Origin: Nitrosomonadales bacterium
GTDB taxonomy: Bacteria > Pseudomonadota > Gammaproteobacteria > Burkholderiales > SG8-39
Assembly (NCBI GenBank): GCA_036676355.1
Contig: JAKFDA010000054.1
Coordinates: forward strand, 12,316 to 76,315
Direction: 5' to 3'
Length of the DNA stretch: 64,000 nt
Within the stretch, counting starts at the first letter, position 1. Every line of letters begins with the position of its first letter. This document shows positions 38,813-49,245 of the stretch, one piece after another. The notes below the pieces were generated by a model, which made no database searches, was not told where the DNA came from, and worked only from the letters and a program-made list of their open reading frames with translations. Position numbers and translations under genes: made by a program.

Positions 38813-39724
38813 CTAATCGCGCAACTCGCGCCCGGTCAATTTGAGAAACACATCTTCCAGATTGGCGTGGCGATGCTGGTAGGTGAGCATCGGCCGATCG
38901 TCGAGATCGGCCAGCACATGCTTCGCGTCGCGGGTATAGCAATAGACGCTCTCGCCGCTGCGTTCGACGCGTTCGCACTGCCCGGATGCAATGGTCGCGG
39001 CCCAGTCATCGACGCCCTCACCGTACACTTCGACGACATGCGGTTCGATGTGCTGCGCGATGAGTGCGCGCGGGCTGCCTTCAGCGATGAGGCAGCCATG
39101 GTCCATGATCACCAGTCGCGTGCACAGACGTTCCGCTTCTTCCATGAAATGGGTGGTGAGCAGGATGGTCTTGCCCTGTGCGAGCAATTGCCGCAGACGT
39201 TCCCAGATCACGTGGCGGGCCTGCGGATCGAGGCCGGTGGTCGGTTCGTCCATCAGAACCAGGCTGGGATCGTTGATCAGCGAGCGCGCGAGCGTGAGGC
39301 GACGCTTCATGCCGCCGGAGAGAGTCTGAATCCGCGTATTGCCGCGCGCGCTGAGGCCGGCGAACTCCAGCAGCCCCGGAATGCGCGCACGCAGAGTGGC
39401 ATCATCCAGACCGAAGTAACGCCCGTACACCATCAGATTCTCGATGACGCTGAAATCCGGATCGAGATTGTCGAACTGCGGCACCACGCCGACGCGATGG
39501 CGCGCCTCGCGGGCGTGTTTCGGAACGGCGTGACCCATCAGTTCGACGGCGCCCGAATCCGGCGCGGTCAGACCGAGACAGAGCTTCAGCGTGGTGGTCT
39601 TGCCGGCGCCGTTCGGACCGAGCAGTCCGAAACACTCACCCGGCTGGATGTCGAAATCGATCCCTGCGACCACCTGCTGCGTGCCATACGACTTGCGCAG
39701 CGCGCGGACGCTCAGGATCGCCAT
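38813..39724 (-). CDS. ABC transporter ATP-binding protein (NodI/YadG-like)
   Basis: It shows Walker [10 protein letters not shown], the ABC signature LSGGMKRR, and Walker [13 protein letters not shown]. Confidence 0.9.
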   Translation of the reverse strand: MAILSVRALRKSYGTQQVVAGIDFDIQPGECFGLLGPNGAGKTTTLKLCLGLTAPDSGAVELMGHAVPKHAREARHRVGVVPQFDNLDPDFSVIENLMVYGRYFGLDDATLRARIPGLLEFAGLSARGNTRIQTLSGGMKRRLTLARSLINDPSLVLMDEPTTGLDPQARHVIWERLRQLLAQGKTILLTTHFMEEAERLCTRLVIMDHGCLIAEGSPRALIAQHIEPHVVEVYGEGVDDWAATIASGQCERVERSGESVYCYTRDAKHVLADLDDRPMLTYQHRHANLEDVFLKLTGRELRD

Positions 39725-40332
39725 GCACCCTGCACGATGCGCTTGATGATATGCAGGCGGCGGTGAAAGAAGTGATCGGCCTCGGGCACGACGGTCACCG
39801 GCAGATCCTGCGGTCGCGCCCAGTCGAGTACGTTCGCGAGCGGCACGGTCTGATCCCTCTCGCCGTGAATGACGATGGTGTCGGCCGGCACGGGCGGCGT
39901 ATCGTAATCGCGATCGCCGCTGAGAGAACCCGTCGCCGGTGCGACAAGCACCATGCGTTCCGGCGTCACGCGCTGCGCAACACGCGTCTGCACATAGCCG
40001 CCGAAGGAAAAACCGGCCAGCACGATGGGCAGTTCGCCGTAGCGCGCGCGCGCCTGTGCGGCGACGCCGACCAGATCGTTGGTCTCGCCGATGCCGCGAT
40101 CGTATTCGCCGAGCGAATCGCCGATGCCGCGAAAATTCGGACGCAACGCGATGTAGCCCAGTTCGGCGAAGGCCTTGGCGAGCGTCTGCACAACCTTGTT
40201 GTCGGCCGTGCCGCCGTATAGCGGATGCGGATGTGCAATCAGTGCGAGGCCGCGCGGCGTGCCCGTCGGTTGATCGACGAGCACTTCGATGCGTCCGGCA
40301 TCACCGGCGAAAAACAAGTGTTCGGTCGGCAT
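39712..40332 (-). CDS. Alpha/beta-fold hydrolase (small, about 207 aa)
   Basis: Start at MPTEHLFF (ATG 40332). It has a GFSFGG nucleophile elbow and a HGERDQTVP ... ADHFF C-terminal region. Its 3' end overlaps the ABC ATPase start by 13 nt. Confidence 0.7.
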   Translation of the reverse strand: MPTEHLFFAGDAGRIEVLVDQPTGTPRGLALIAHPHPLYGGTADNKVVQTLAKAFAELGYIALRPNFRGIGDSLGEYDRGIGETNDLVGVAAQARARYGELPIVLAGFSFGGYVQTRVAQRVTPERMVLVAPATGSLSGDRDYDTPPVPADTIVIHGERDQTVPLANVLDWARPQDLPVTVVPEADHFFHRRLHIIKRIVQGAWRS

Positions 40333-40340
40333 CGCGGCGC

Positions 40341-40649
40341 TCAGATCTTCAAGCGCTCGACGACACGGTCGTGCACCAGATGCTCGTCGATGATTTCGTC
40401 GATGTCGCTCTTGTCGACATAGGTATACCAGACCGCCTCGGGATACACGACCAGCACCGGCCCCTCGTCGCAACGGTCCAGGCACCCGGCCTGATTGATG
40501 CGCACCTTACCCTTGCCGGAAAGTTTGAGTGCCTTGATACGGTCCTTGGCATAACCGCGCATTTCCGCGGCGCCGTGATTATTGCAGCAGACGGCGCCCG
40601 GTTCGCGTTGGTTGCAACAGAAGAAAACGTGTTTGTCGTAGTAACTCAT
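40341..40649 (-). CDS. Thioredoxin-like [2Fe-2S] ferredoxin family protein
   Basis: Start at MSYYDKHVFFCCNQRE. The Cys pattern (C..C ... C..C: FFCCN, CCNNHG, GCLDRC) and the VLVVYPEAVWY motif are typical of this family. Confidence 0.7.
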   Translation of the reverse strand: MSYYDKHVFFCCNQREPGAVCCNNHGAAEMRGYAKDRIKALKLSGKGKVRINQAGCLDRCDEGPVLVVYPEAVWYTYVDKSDIDEIIDEHLVHDRVVERLKI

Positions 40650-40704
40650 GCCGATCCGCGCAGAAGCATGCGACGCCGGACGGCGACCGCAGAATAAAGC
40701 GCGA

Positions 40705-41820
40705 TTATAGACGCCCGTCGCGCGACTGCGCGGCATCGCGCTCCTTGTTGAGCGTGCGCGTGGCGTACATCAGCAGGTAGGTCAGCGCGGCGAACGGCCA
40801 GAGCGTGGACAAGAGCCGGGTCAGGCCGTTGAAGTTGAGGAAATGGCCCTGATACCAAGCCTGGTGAACGATGATGAGGTAGGGATTGTCGGGAGCGAGG
40901 TTGACCATCGCCGTTGCCATCATCAGCAGCAGGCCGCAGATACCGATCGCAGTGCCGCGTCGCAGCGACAGCGCGGCGAGCGCCAGCGGCACGCCGATGA
41001 GCAGACCGCTGGTTGCGCCGGGCGTCAGCCAAGCCAGCGCATTGCGCCCCTCGAACAGCACCATGAAGGCGATCGCCCGCACCGCGCACGCGATCAGCAG
41101 CAGACCCATAAAAACGCTGCGTTTCGGTGCGCCGTCCACGAGCAGCAATGACAGCAACAGCGCCACGGCGACGATGTTGGCGATCGCGACCAGCGCTTCG
41201 ACGCGCACGAACATCGACGGGTCGTACAACACCATCGGCATGGCATCGAACAGGAAGCGCAGATCGCCGTTGCCGAACAGCAGGCTTTCCGGCCGCAGCA
41301 GCGACAACAGCCAGCCGGCGATCAGCACGAGTCCGATATCCACGGTGTGGCCCTGGGCAAAGATGTTATGGCGCAGATGGAACAGCATTCCGCGGCCGAG
41401 CATGCGGGGCGTCAGATACAGGCTGAGCAGCGCGCCCACCGCCGCACCGGCGCTGTTGCAAGCCACATCGAGCGAGGAAGGGATGCGGCTGGGCAGATAG
41501 TTCTGCAGCGACTCTAGCGTAAGGCTGAGGGCGACGCCGAGGCAGGCGGCCAACAGCCATGCGAGGAAACCGCGAATGCGCGGGTACAGCGCCCCGACGG
41601 CAAGCAGGCCGAGCGGTACGTAAGCGAGGAAGTTCGCGACGATATCGAAATTGGTGTAGTAGCGCGGCCAGAACGAACCGAGAAAGGTGAGGGGCCGCAC
41701 GCCGGGATCGTACCAATCGAGGAAAGGGTGCAGGCTGGCATAGGCAACGAGCAGTACGTATCCGATGAACAGGTACCGGGCGAGCGGCGAAGCGTGTCTA
41801 TGCGCGACCTCCATTCTCAC
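40705..41820 (-). CDS. VanZ-family multi-pass membrane protein (N-terminal VanZ domain plus an extra TM region)
   Basis: N-terminal [11 protein letters not shown] ... NFLAYVPLG ... [14 protein letters not shown] pattern. The GTG start overlaps the macro-domain gene stop (GTGA); an alternative ATG is at 41814. Confidence 0.65.
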   Translation of the reverse strand: MRMEVAHRHASPLARYLFIGYVLLVAYASLHPFLDWYDPGVRPLTFLGSFWPRYYTNFDIVANFLAYVPLGLLAVGALYPRIRGFLAWLLAACLGVALSLTLESLQNYLPSRIPSSLDVACNSAGAAVGALLSLYLTPRMLGRGMLFHLRHNIFAQGHTVDIGLVLIAGWLLSLLRPESLLFGNGDLRFLFDAMPMVLYDPSMFVRVEALVAIANIVAVALLLSLLLVDGAPKRSVFMGLLLIACAVRAIAFMVLFEGRNALAWLTPGATSGLLIGVPLALAALSLRRGTAIGICGLLLMMATAMVNLAPDNPYLIIVHQAWYQGHFLNFNGLTRLLSTLWPFAALTYLLMYATRTLNKERDAAQSRDGRL

Positions 41821-42335
41821 GCGACGCCGTGCGCCGCGAGTTCGCGCCGATAGATGTCCAATGCATGGTCGTCGAACAGCGCGAATGTAATGTCAATCGA
41901 TGGGCCGCTATCGAGCGCGGCCAGGCTCTGCTCGATGGCAATACGCGCAGCCGCTTCGATCGGATAACCGTACACGCCGCAACTGATCGCCGGAAAGGCA
42001 AGCGTTTGCACATTGTGGTCGATCGCGAGTTCGAACGAGCGTCGATAACAGGATGCCAGCAGTGCCGGCTCGCCCGATGCGCCGCCGCGCCACACCGGGC
42101 CGACGGTATGAATCACATGCCGCGCGGGTAAGTCGAAGCCAGGCGTGATTTTGGCGTCGCCGGTCGCGCAGCCTCCCAGAGCGCGGCAGGCTTGCAGCAG
42201 TCGCGGGCCGGCGGCGCGATGAATCGCGCCATCGACACCGCCGCCGCCGAGCAGGCTGTTGTTGGCGGCGTTGACGATCGCATCGACCTGCAACTGCGTA
42301 ATGTCGCATTGCACGGCGCGCAGACGATGAGCCAT
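41817..42335 (-). CDS. Macro-domain protein (O-acetyl-ADP-ribose deacetylase, YmdB-like)
   Basis: It carries the macro-domain motifs [26 protein letters not shown] and [13 protein letters not shown]. Confidence 0.88.
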   Translation of the reverse strand: MAHRLRAVQCDITQLQVDAIVNAANNSLLGGGGVDGAIHRAAGPRLLQACRALGGCATGDAKITPGFDLPARHVIHTVGPVWRGGASGEPALLASCYRRSFELAIDHNVQTLAFPAISCGVYGYPIEAAARIAIEQSLAALDSGPSIDITFALFDDHALDIYRRELAAHGVA

Positions 42336-42458
42336 GAGTTCTATCGTGTTATCCGGTTCAAGTGCGACCTACTCTAACAGCACGAGGTTCCAATCGCCCT
42401 CGCTCTCGCCCACGGACGCGACGAATTCGCGCACGGGCGTTGCGCAGCGAGGCGCTGC

Positions 42459-43883
42459 TCAGGCGGCCGCCGGCTGTCGGCCCCGATAGCGCTGCGGCAG
42501 CAGGGAGCCGGCGACCATACCGATCACGGCCGCGACGAAACCGGCCAGTTGCGGTGGCCAGACGCCCTCGGGGTTGATCAGTTCGAGCGCGATCCAGGTG
42601 ACCAGACCGAAAGCGATCGCGGCGGCCGCGCCCTGCGTGGTTGCGCGCTTCCAGTAAATGCCCGCCACCAGCGGCACGAACGCGGCGACCAGCGTGACTT
42701 TGTAAGCGTGCTCCACCATGGCATGGATGCTTTGGTTCGACCATAGCGAATACAGCGTGACCAGCACGCCGAACAGCAGCACCACCAGACGCGTGAGCCA
42801 GAGAAACTGGAGGTCGTTCATCCTCGGCAGGGCGCCGCGCAGCACGTTCTCCGCAATGGTCACCGACGGGGCGAGCAAGGTGCCGCTCGCCGTGCTCATG
42901 ATGACCGACAGCAGCGCGCCATAGAAAATGACTTGCGCATACAGCGGCAGGTGATAGAACACCAGCGCCGGCAATACCAGCTGCGAATCCTTTGCGATCA
43001 TGCGGTCCACCATGTCCGGGTCGATGAGCGTGGCTGCGTATGCCAGAAACAGCGGCACGGCGGCGAAAAGAAAGTAGGCGATGCCGCCGAGTATCGTGCC
43101 ATATACGGCAACGTTTTCGGTTCTGGCCGAATTGGCGCGCTGGAATACGTCCTGTTGCGGGATCGAACCGAAACCCATGGTCAGCATCGCGCCGAAGAAG
43201 GCGAGCAGTTCGATCGTGTTGAAACTCGGCAGGAATTGAAACTTCCCTTGCGCGGCAGCATGCTCGATGACGCGTTGCGCGCCACCCGCCATGTCGCTCA
43301 CCGAGAAGGTTATGAACAACAGGCCGCCGATGATGACGATCATCTGCACGAATGTCGTCACCGCAACCGACCACATGCCGCCGAACAGCGTGTAGAGCGT
43401 GACCACCGCGGCGCCGAGAATCATTCCCTGCTCGCGCGAGATGGCGCCCTGAGTTAGCACGTCGAACACCAGTCCGAGCGCGACCACCTGCGCCGAGACC
43501 CAGCCGAGATAGGACAGCGCGATGCAGATGCTGGTCACCAATTCCACGCCCCGGCTGTAGCGGCGGCGATAAAAGTCGCCGATGGTCAGCAGTTGCAGGC
43601 GGTACAGCGGCCGCGCAAAGAACAGCCCGAAGAGAATCAGGCAAAGCGAGGCGCCGAGCGGATCGGAAATCAGTCCCGCGAACCCTTCGTCGAGGAAAGT
43701 GCCGGAAATGCCGAGCACCGTTTCGGCGCCGAACCAGGTCGCGAACACGGTCGCGAAAACCACGTAGATGGGCAGGTTGCGACCGGCGGTGATGTAGTCG
43801 GACGAACTCTTGACGCGCGTTGCCGCGGCCAGACCGATGCTGATGGAAACCGCGAGATAAATGACTACGAACCAGACGAGCAT
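42459..43883 (-). CDS. Sodium:solute symporter (SSS) family transporter
   Basis: 474 aa with about 13 TM helices and an SSS N-terminal pattern (DYITAGRNLP...FATWFGAETVLG). Confidence 0.8.
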   Translation of the reverse strand: MLVWFVVIYLAVSISIGLAAATRVKSSSDYITAGRNLPIYVVFATVFATWFGAETVLGISGTFLDEGFAGLISDPLGASLCLILFGLFFARPLYRLQLLTIGDFYRRRYSRGVELVTSICIALSYLGWVSAQVVALGLVFDVLTQGAISREQGMILGAAVVTLYTLFGGMWSVAVTTFVQMIVIIGGLLFITFSVSDMAGGAQRVIEHAAAQGKFQFLPSFNTIELLAFFGAMLTMGFGSIPQQDVFQRANSARTENVAVYGTILGGIAYFLFAAVPLFLAYAATLIDPDMVDRMIAKDSQLVLPALVFYHLPLYAQVIFYGALLSVIMSTASGTLLAPSVTIAENVLRGALPRMNDLQFLWLTRLVVLLFGVLVTLYSLWSNQSIHAMVEHAYKVTLVAAFVPLVAGIYWKRATTQGAAAAIAFGLVTWIALELINPEGVWPPQLAGFVAAVIGMVAGSLLPQRYRGRQPAAA

Positions 43884-43957
43884 ACGAGGCCTTTACAGTC
43901 GCGGTCGCGACCTTCTTGGGCGCGGATCATACCTTGCCCGCGGCTCCGCGGCACCCG

Positions 43958-45490
43958 TCAGAACATGGTCAATCGATCGAATAGCACAAGAACCAACAAC
44001 ACCACCATTACACCGCCGATCAACAGTACGGCATTGGTGCGCCGACGCTGTTCGCGCGCGATGGCGACCAGTAACGGTTCCAGCCCCGCGGCGGCATCCT
44101 GGGCCAGCGCGCGATGCGCCAGTCGCGGCAGTTGCGGCAACAGCGTGGCCCAGGCGGGCGCCTCGTTCTTGACCGTGCGGACCAGGCCGCGCCAGCCAAG
44201 TTGCTCGCTCATCCAGCGCTCCAGGAACGGCTTGGCTGTCTTCCAGAGATCGAGGTCGGGATCGAGTTGGCGACCGAGCCCTTCGATGTTGAGCAAGGTC
44301 TTCTGCAGCATAACCAGTTGCGGCTGCACTTCCAGATTGAAGCGGCGCGCTGTCTGGAACAGTCGCAACAGCACGCGGCCGAACGAGATTTCTTTCAGCG
44401 GGCGGTCGAAGATAGGTTCGCACACGGCGCGAACGGCGCTTTCGAATTCGTCGACGCGGGTGCCGGGTGGAACCCAGCCGGCATCGACGTGCGCCTGCGC
44501 GACGCGGCGGTAATCGCGATTGAAAAAGGCGAGGAAGTTCTGCGCGAGGTAGTTCTTGTCGCCTTCGTTGAGCGTGCCCATGATGCCGAAATCGAGCGCG
44601 ATGTATTTGCCGTCCGGCGCGACCAGGATATTGCCCGGGTGCATGTCGGCGTGAAAAAAACTGTCGCGAAACACCTGCGTGAAAAAAATCTCCACGCCCG
44701 CGCGCGACAGCTTGTGCATGTCGATGCCCTGCTCGCGCAGCAGTTCAACCTGACCCACCGGCGTACCGTGCATGCGTTGCATGGTCATCACCGTCGGCGT
44801 GCAATAGTCCCAATAGACGTCCGGCACGAGCAGCAGCGGCGAATCGAGAAAGTTGCGCCGCAACTGGCTCGCATTGGCCGCTTCGCGCATGAGATCGAGT
44901 TCGTCATGCAGATGCCGGGCGAACTCGGCCACCAATTCGCGCGGCTTGAGCCGCCGGCCCTGCGACCAGATGCGCTCGACCAGTCCGGCCGCCGCGTCCA
45001 TCAACGCGAGATCGCGTGTGATGATGGGCAGCATATTGGGCCGCAGGACTTTCACCGCCGCTTCGATGCCGCCAGGCAGCGTCGCGAGGTGAACCTGTGC
45101 GATCGAAGCGCTTGCCACCGGCACCGGATCGAATTGTTCGAAGATTTCGCCGACCGGGCGACCGAGCGTGCGCTCGATCTCGGCGATCGCGAGGGTCGAA
45201 TCGAATGGCGGTACCTGGTCCTGCAGTTTCGCCAGTTCGTCGGCGATGTCGGTCGGCAGCAGATCGCGCCGGGTGGACAGCACCTGGCCGAACTTGACGA
45301 ATATCGGCCCCAGCGTTTCCAGCGCGCGACGCAGTCGCACGCCGCGTTCCTCCTTCAGTGGCCTGAAGAACAGCAGGCGCTGCGTCAGGCCGGCGAGGCG
45401 GCCGCTGGATTCGGCCGCGAGCGGAAACTCCTCCAGGCCGTAGCGAAAGGCGACCGCGAAGATCTTGACCAGACGGAGGAAGCGAAACAC
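43958..45490 (-). CDS. ubiB: Ubiquinone biosynthesis regulatory protein kinase UbiB
   Basis: GTG start. It has [27 protein letters not shown] and [11 protein letters not shown] motifs, plus C-terminal TM helices. Confidence 0.92.
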   Translation of the reverse strand: MFRFLRLVKIFAVAFRYGLEEFPLAAESSGRLAGLTQRLLFFRPLKEERGVRLRRALETLGPIFVKFGQVLSTRRDLLPTDIADELAKLQDQVPPFDSTLAIAEIERTLGRPVGEIFEQFDPVPVASASIAQVHLATLPGGIEAAVKVLRPNMLPIITRDLALMDAAAGLVERIWSQGRRLKPRELVAEFARHLHDELDLMREAANASQLRRNFLDSPLLLVPDVYWDYCTPTVMTMQRMHGTPVGQVELLREQGIDMHKLSRAGVEIFFTQVFRDSFFHADMHPGNILVAPDGKYIALDFGIMGTLNEGDKNYLAQNFLAFFNRDYRRVAQAHVDAGWVPPGTRVDEFESAVRAVCEPIFDRPLKEISFGRVLLRLFQTARRFNLEVQPQLVMLQKTLLNIEGLGRQLDPDLDLWKTAKPFLERWMSEQLGWRGLVRTVKNEAPAWATLLPQLPRLAHRALAQDAAAGLEPLLVAIAREQRRRTNAVLLIGGVMVVLLVLVLFDRLTMF

Positions 45491-45650
45491 GGATGCGCTC
45501 AGAAGCAGTAATCGCGAGCGCGCCGCGCGGGCGGTACGCCGTTCGGGTCGTTACCCGATCGCCTGCTTCTTGTGATTGTTGGAAGGGTGAATCTACCGGA
45601 ACGCCGGGTCGCGGGCAAAGCCTGTGCGAATCCGTCCGGACGAAGGCATG

Positions 45651-46292
45651 TCAGAGGTTGAGCCGTGCAAGCTGCCGGTCATGCCGGCGCGAGAGCAGGA
45701 GTTGGGCGAGTACGGCGCCGATGAGTGCGACGAACATGTCCCACTGCGTATCCCACACGTCGCCCTGAGTGCCGAGAAAAGCGTCCGCTTTTTCGCGTAT
45801 GGCGAGTGCGGCCCACCATTCCAGCAGTTCGTAGAACGCGCTGATCGCCAGGCCGATGCAGCAAACCAGGAAGAACAGCATGCGGCCGCGCCGGATCGAG
45901 GTAAGGCGCAGCAGAATCTCCCGTGCCAGAATGGCTGGCACGAAACCTTGCGCGAAGTGGCCCAGCCGATCATAGGGGTTGCGATCGAGGTCGAGCAGGT
46001 TCTGCACCCATTCGCCCGGCGGGACCAGTGCGTAGGTGTAGTGCGCGCCCACGATCAGGATGATGGCGTGTATGAAGATGAGCTGATAGCTCAGCAAGGT
46101 CAGCCGGAAGCGCTGCCAGGTCAGCATCAGCAGCGGCCCGGCAATAAATACCGGCAGCACTTCCATGAACCAGGTCAGACGGTTGCGCGGCGCGATGCTG
46201 GACAGCGCCAGTGCGGCGCAACCGAGCATCAGCAGCACCATCGCATGACGCGCCTCGTTGCGCGTCGGTTCGAGCGACACCGTCAGCGGCAT
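45651..46292 (-). CDS. DUF2238/YjdF-like inner-membrane protein
   Basis: The start is taken at MPLTVSL. It is multi-pass, with a YDRLGHFAQGFVPA motif that I recall from YjdF-type proteins. Confidence 0.6.
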   Translation of the reverse strand: MPLTVSLEPTRNEARHAMVLLMLGCAALALSSIAPRNRLTWFMEVLPVFIAGPLLMLTWQRFRLTLLSYQLIFIHAIILIVGAHYTYALVPPGEWVQNLLDLDRNPYDRLGHFAQGFVPAILAREILLRLTSIRRGRMLFFLVCCIGLAISAFYELLEWWAALAIREKADAFLGTQGDVWDTQWDMFVALIGAVLAQLLLSRRHDRQLARLNL

Positions 46293-46355
46293 TGCAACCT
46301 CCGCGTGTCCGCCGGGTGAGTACTCGATTGCACGCACCGATACCGGCGTTCGGTT

Positions 46356-46946
46356 TCAAACGGCTCTCAGACGTTCCTGCTTGCGTATGCGTTTATCCAG
46401 TCGCGCCACGGCGTCGCGCAAGTCAGCCACGTCCCGGCCGGCATCTTCGACCGCTTGCCGGCGTACAAGGAATTGTGCCTCCTCACGCAAATATTCGGAA
46501 AAATTTTCGCCCAGGCGTTGCGCGCCCTCTTTTTGCCATGCCATGAAATGGCGCCCGGACTCTGCCACGCGATGGGCGATCGCATCGCCGAACAGGAGCG
46601 ACAGGTCCTCTTCGACGTCCCAGCGCAAGTTGCGGAACAGGAACTGGACGGCTGCTGCCAGTTCAGTGTCGCCGTCAATGCGGATTTCGCGCACCGCCGC
46701 TTCGTCGCGCCGCATCAGGCCCGGCACAGTGCCGGCGCGGATGTCGAGCCTAAGGTCGGGCGATTCGTTGCGCGCCGCTTCGAGCAGCCCGCCGTCGGTG
46801 ATCTGCAGGCGCAGCGTCGGCAGCGGCGCGAGACGCAGCTGAATGCTCTTCGACGCGAAGGGGCGCAGTCGAGCGCGGGCCCAATCTTCACGCGCGAGCA
46901 GATGGTTGATGCATGCGACGAACGGCTGATGCAAGAGTGCGTTCAT
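46356..46946 (-). CDS. ubiJ: Ubiquinone biosynthesis accessory factor UbiJ (SCP2 domain)
   Basis: Start at MNALLHQPF. It has an SCP2-like N-terminal part and a coiled-coil C-terminus, and sits between ubiE and ubiB. Confidence 0.7.
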   Translation of the reverse strand: MNALLHQPFVACINHLLAREDWARARLRPFASKSIQLRLAPLPTLRLQITDGGLLEAARNESPDLRLDIRAGTVPGLMRRDEAAVREIRIDGDTELAAAVQFLFRNLRWDVEEDLSLLFGDAIAHRVAESGRHFMAWQKEGAQRLGENFSEYLREEAQFLVRRQAVEDAGRDVADLRDAVARLDKRIRKQERLRAV

Positions 46947-47017
46947 AGATGAAGCCCCGCGAACTGCTACAAGCAAGAACCGCCCCGAAGGGCGGTTCTT
47001 GGCAGGGGTGCATATAC

Positions 47018-47875
47018 TTAATCGACTTGCTGAATGCCGGCGAGGAGCCAGCCGCTGTTGCCGGTGGCCGGCTTTTGCAGGTGCCAGAGCTCTTCGAACC
47101 GCGTGGGCGCGCTGTCACCTTCTTCGCGCAGCATGCCCGAGAAGCGAATGCTGGCCCAGTGCACCAGACCTTCGGTCGTGACCTCTTCCAGTCGCGCCTC
47201 CAGCGTAACCACATCGGTCCGCTGCGCCGCGCCCTGCCGCTCATCCAGTTCCCGCTTCAGTTCGGCATACAGTTCATCCGTCACGAAATCGCGAATCGAC
47301 TCCGCGTCGCCCTTGTCGTTCGCGGCTTGCAGCGCTACGAATTGACGCTTCGCTTCGCGCAGAAAGGTTTCGCTATCGAAACCGGCCGGTACCGCAGGCG
47401 TTGGCTCCTGCGCTCGCATCGCGCCGCCGCCGCCGAAAGTAGCAGCGGGCGGTGCAGCGACCGGGTCGCGATCCGGCCCGGCGTACTGCATGCGCTGGCG
47501 CTGCTGTTGTCCGCCACCCATGCCGCGCAGCAAGGCGCGAATGGCGAAGAACACGACTGCCGCAATGAGCATTGCGACCAGCAGCGAGCCCATTTGCTCG
47601 CCGAACAGCGCGGCCAAGCCCAGGCCGGCGGCCAGACCGGCCAGCGGCGCCAGCCAGCGGCCCATGCCGGGACGCGCGGTCGGTGCGGCGGCCGGCGCGG
47701 CCGCGTTCTGCTGCTGTCCCGCCTGTTGTTGCTGCGCGGGTTTCTGCGGTGCCATCTGACGTTGCGCGCCAAGCGAACGGGCGCCACCCAGGCGTCTGGC
47801 TTCAGCCTGCTCCATCACCATGCCGGTGCACAGCACCGCGGCAAACGCCATTAACAGCCACTTTTTCATCGCCAC
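47018..47875 (-). CDS. Tim44-like domain protein (signal peptide, Q/A/P-rich linker, TM helix, Tim44 domain)
   Basis: It has the signal peptide MAMKKWLLMAFAAVLC and a low-complexity QQQQAGQQQNAAAPAAAP linker. The C-terminal FDSETFLREAKRQFVALQAANDKGD region is Tim44-like. Confidence 0.7.
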   Translation of the reverse strand: MAMKKWLLMAFAAVLCTGMVMEQAEARRLGGARSLGAQRQMAPQKPAQQQQAGQQQNAAAPAAAPTARPGMGRWLAPLAGLAAGLGLAALFGEQMGSLLVAMLIAAVVFFAIRALLRGMGGGQQQRQRMQYAGPDRDPVAAPPAATFGGGGAMRAQEPTPAVPAGFDSETFLREAKRQFVALQAANDKGDAESIRDFVTDELYAELKRELDERQGAAQRTDVVTLEARLEEVTTEGLVHWASIRFSGMLREEGDSAPTRFEELWHLQKPATGNSGWLLAGIQQVD

Positions 47876-47901
47876 ACTCCGTAGGGAATTATTTTTATGG
47901 G

Positions 47902-48633
47902 TTAAAGATTAAAACCGCGGTGCAGGGCCACCACGCCCGCGGCGAGATTGAAGTATTCGACGTTGCGCAGCCCGGCTTGTTCCATCATGCCGCGCAACGT
48001 TTCCTGATCGGGGTGCATGCGGATCGACTCGGCCAGATAGCGATAACTCGCCTCGTCGTCGGCGATGCGTTTGCCCAGCCAAGGCAGGACCTTGAAAGAA
48101 TACCAGTCGTAGGGTTTTTTCAGCGGCTTCCAGATCCGCGAAAACTCCAGCACCAGCAAGCGCCCCCCCGGTCGCAATACACGCCGCATTTCCGCCAGCG
48201 CACGATCCTTGTGGGTCATGTTGCGCAGCCCGAAGGCCACCGAAACGCAGTCGAAATAGTGGTCCGGAAAGGGCAGCCGCTCCGCGTCGCATTGCGCCAC
48301 CGGTACGATGCGGCCGCGATCCAGCAAGCGGTCGCGCCCGACAGTAAGCATCGAACGATTGATATCGGTGAGCCAGATTTCGCCGCTGACACCGGCGCGC
48401 TTGACGAACGCGGCGGTCAGATCGCCGGATCCGCCCGCGACATCGAGCACCCGGCTGCCCTCGCGCACGCCGCTTTGCGCGATGGTGAAAGCCTTCCACA
48501 GGCGATGCATGCCCGCGGACATGAGGTCGTTCATCAAGTCGTACTTGGACGCGACCGAATGAAAGACTTCAGCGACTTTCTGTGCCTTGTCCTGCTCGGG
48601 AACCTGCTGAAAACCGAAATGCGTTTCTGACAT
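47902..48633 (-). CDS. ubiE: Bifunctional demethylmenaquinone / 2-methoxy-6-polyprenyl-1,4-benzoquinol methyltransferase
   Basis: Start at [39 protein letters not shown]. The SAM motif is [11 protein letters not shown]. Confidence 0.92.
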   Translation of the reverse strand: MSETHFGFQQVPEQDKAQKVAEVFHSVASKYDLMNDLMSAGMHRLWKAFTIAQSGVREGSRVLDVAGGSGDLTAAFVKRAGVSGEIWLTDINRSMLTVGRDRLLDRGRIVPVAQCDAERLPFPDHYFDCVSVAFGLRNMTHKDRALAEMRRVLRPGGRLLVLEFSRIWKPLKKPYDWYSFKVLPWLGKRIADDEASYRYLAESIRMHPDQETLRGMMEQAGLRNVEYFNLAAGVVALHRGFNL

Positions 48634-48674
48634 GGATGAGGAATCTGGAATCTGATATGCGGCGTGCCGCCGAC

Positions 48675-49124
48675 TCAATGGTGGTGGCCGCAGCCACCGC
48701 CGCCACCGCTGTCCTCACCGCACACTGCGGCCTTTGGATCCGGCGCGCTGCCCGGCTCCCGGCTGGCGCCGGCCTGTTCCAGGCGCTGAATATACTCGGC
48801 CCACAATTCTTCCCGGTCCGTACCCAGGTCGTACAGGTAGCTCCAGGAATAGATACCGGTGTCGTGGCCGTCGGTAAAAAGCGGCTTGATGCCATAGCTG
48901 CCGGCCGGCTCGATCGAGGCGATGCCGATGTCCTTCTTGCCGGTTTGCAGGACCTCCTGCCCGGGCCCGTGTCCGCGCACTTCGGCGGACGGGCTGTAGA
49001 CCCGCAGCAATTCGAACGGCAGTTCGAATCGGGCGCCATCCGAAAAAGAAATCTCCATCAGCCGCGACACGCTGTGCAGCTTGATTTCGGTGGGAACGGG
49101 GGTATTGGAAGAGAGACCGGCCAT
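48675..49124 (-). CDS. DUF971 (gamma-butyrobetaine hydroxylase N-terminal-like) protein with a Cys/Gly/His tail
   Basis: Start at MAGLSS (ATG 49124). It has a DUF971-like core ([23 protein letters not shown]). The C-terminus ends [15 protein letters not shown]. Confidence 0.7.
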   Translation of the reverse strand: MAGLSSNTPVPTEIKLHSVSRLMEISFSDGARFELPFELLRVYSPSAEVRGHGPGQEVLQTGKKDIGIASIEPAGSYGIKPLFTDGHDTGIYSWSYLYDLGTDREELWAEYIQRLEQAGASREPGSAPDPKAAVCGEDSGGGGGCGHHH

Positions 49125-49180
49125 GGCTGAACCATTTCGAGTGTGGATGAATGATAACGGAGTGCGCGCAGCACTTCGAC

Positions 49181-49214
49181 TTGTAACAAAATCGTCACGC
49201 AACCGCCATAGAAT
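49181..49214 (+). promoter_or_regulatory. Candidate Pho box plus -10 hexamer upstream of phoB
   Basis: TTGTAAC-AAAA-TCGTCAC (49181-98) matches CTGTCAT-AWAW-CTGTMAY at 9 of 14 repeat positions and has an A-rich 4-bp spacer. TAGAAT at 49209-14 lies 10 bp downstream, the classic Pho-promoter geometry. Confidence 0.4.
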
Positions 49215-49245
49215 GCGTTCGTTGGCATTAGAGACCGAAACGCGC

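Noticed and set aside
44114-45511. A 465-aa ORF antisense to ubiB, and a 444-aa ORF (38432-39766) antisense to the ABC transporter genes.
   Set aside because: Both are shadow ORFs opposite strongly supported genes, with no start context, SD or recognisable domains.
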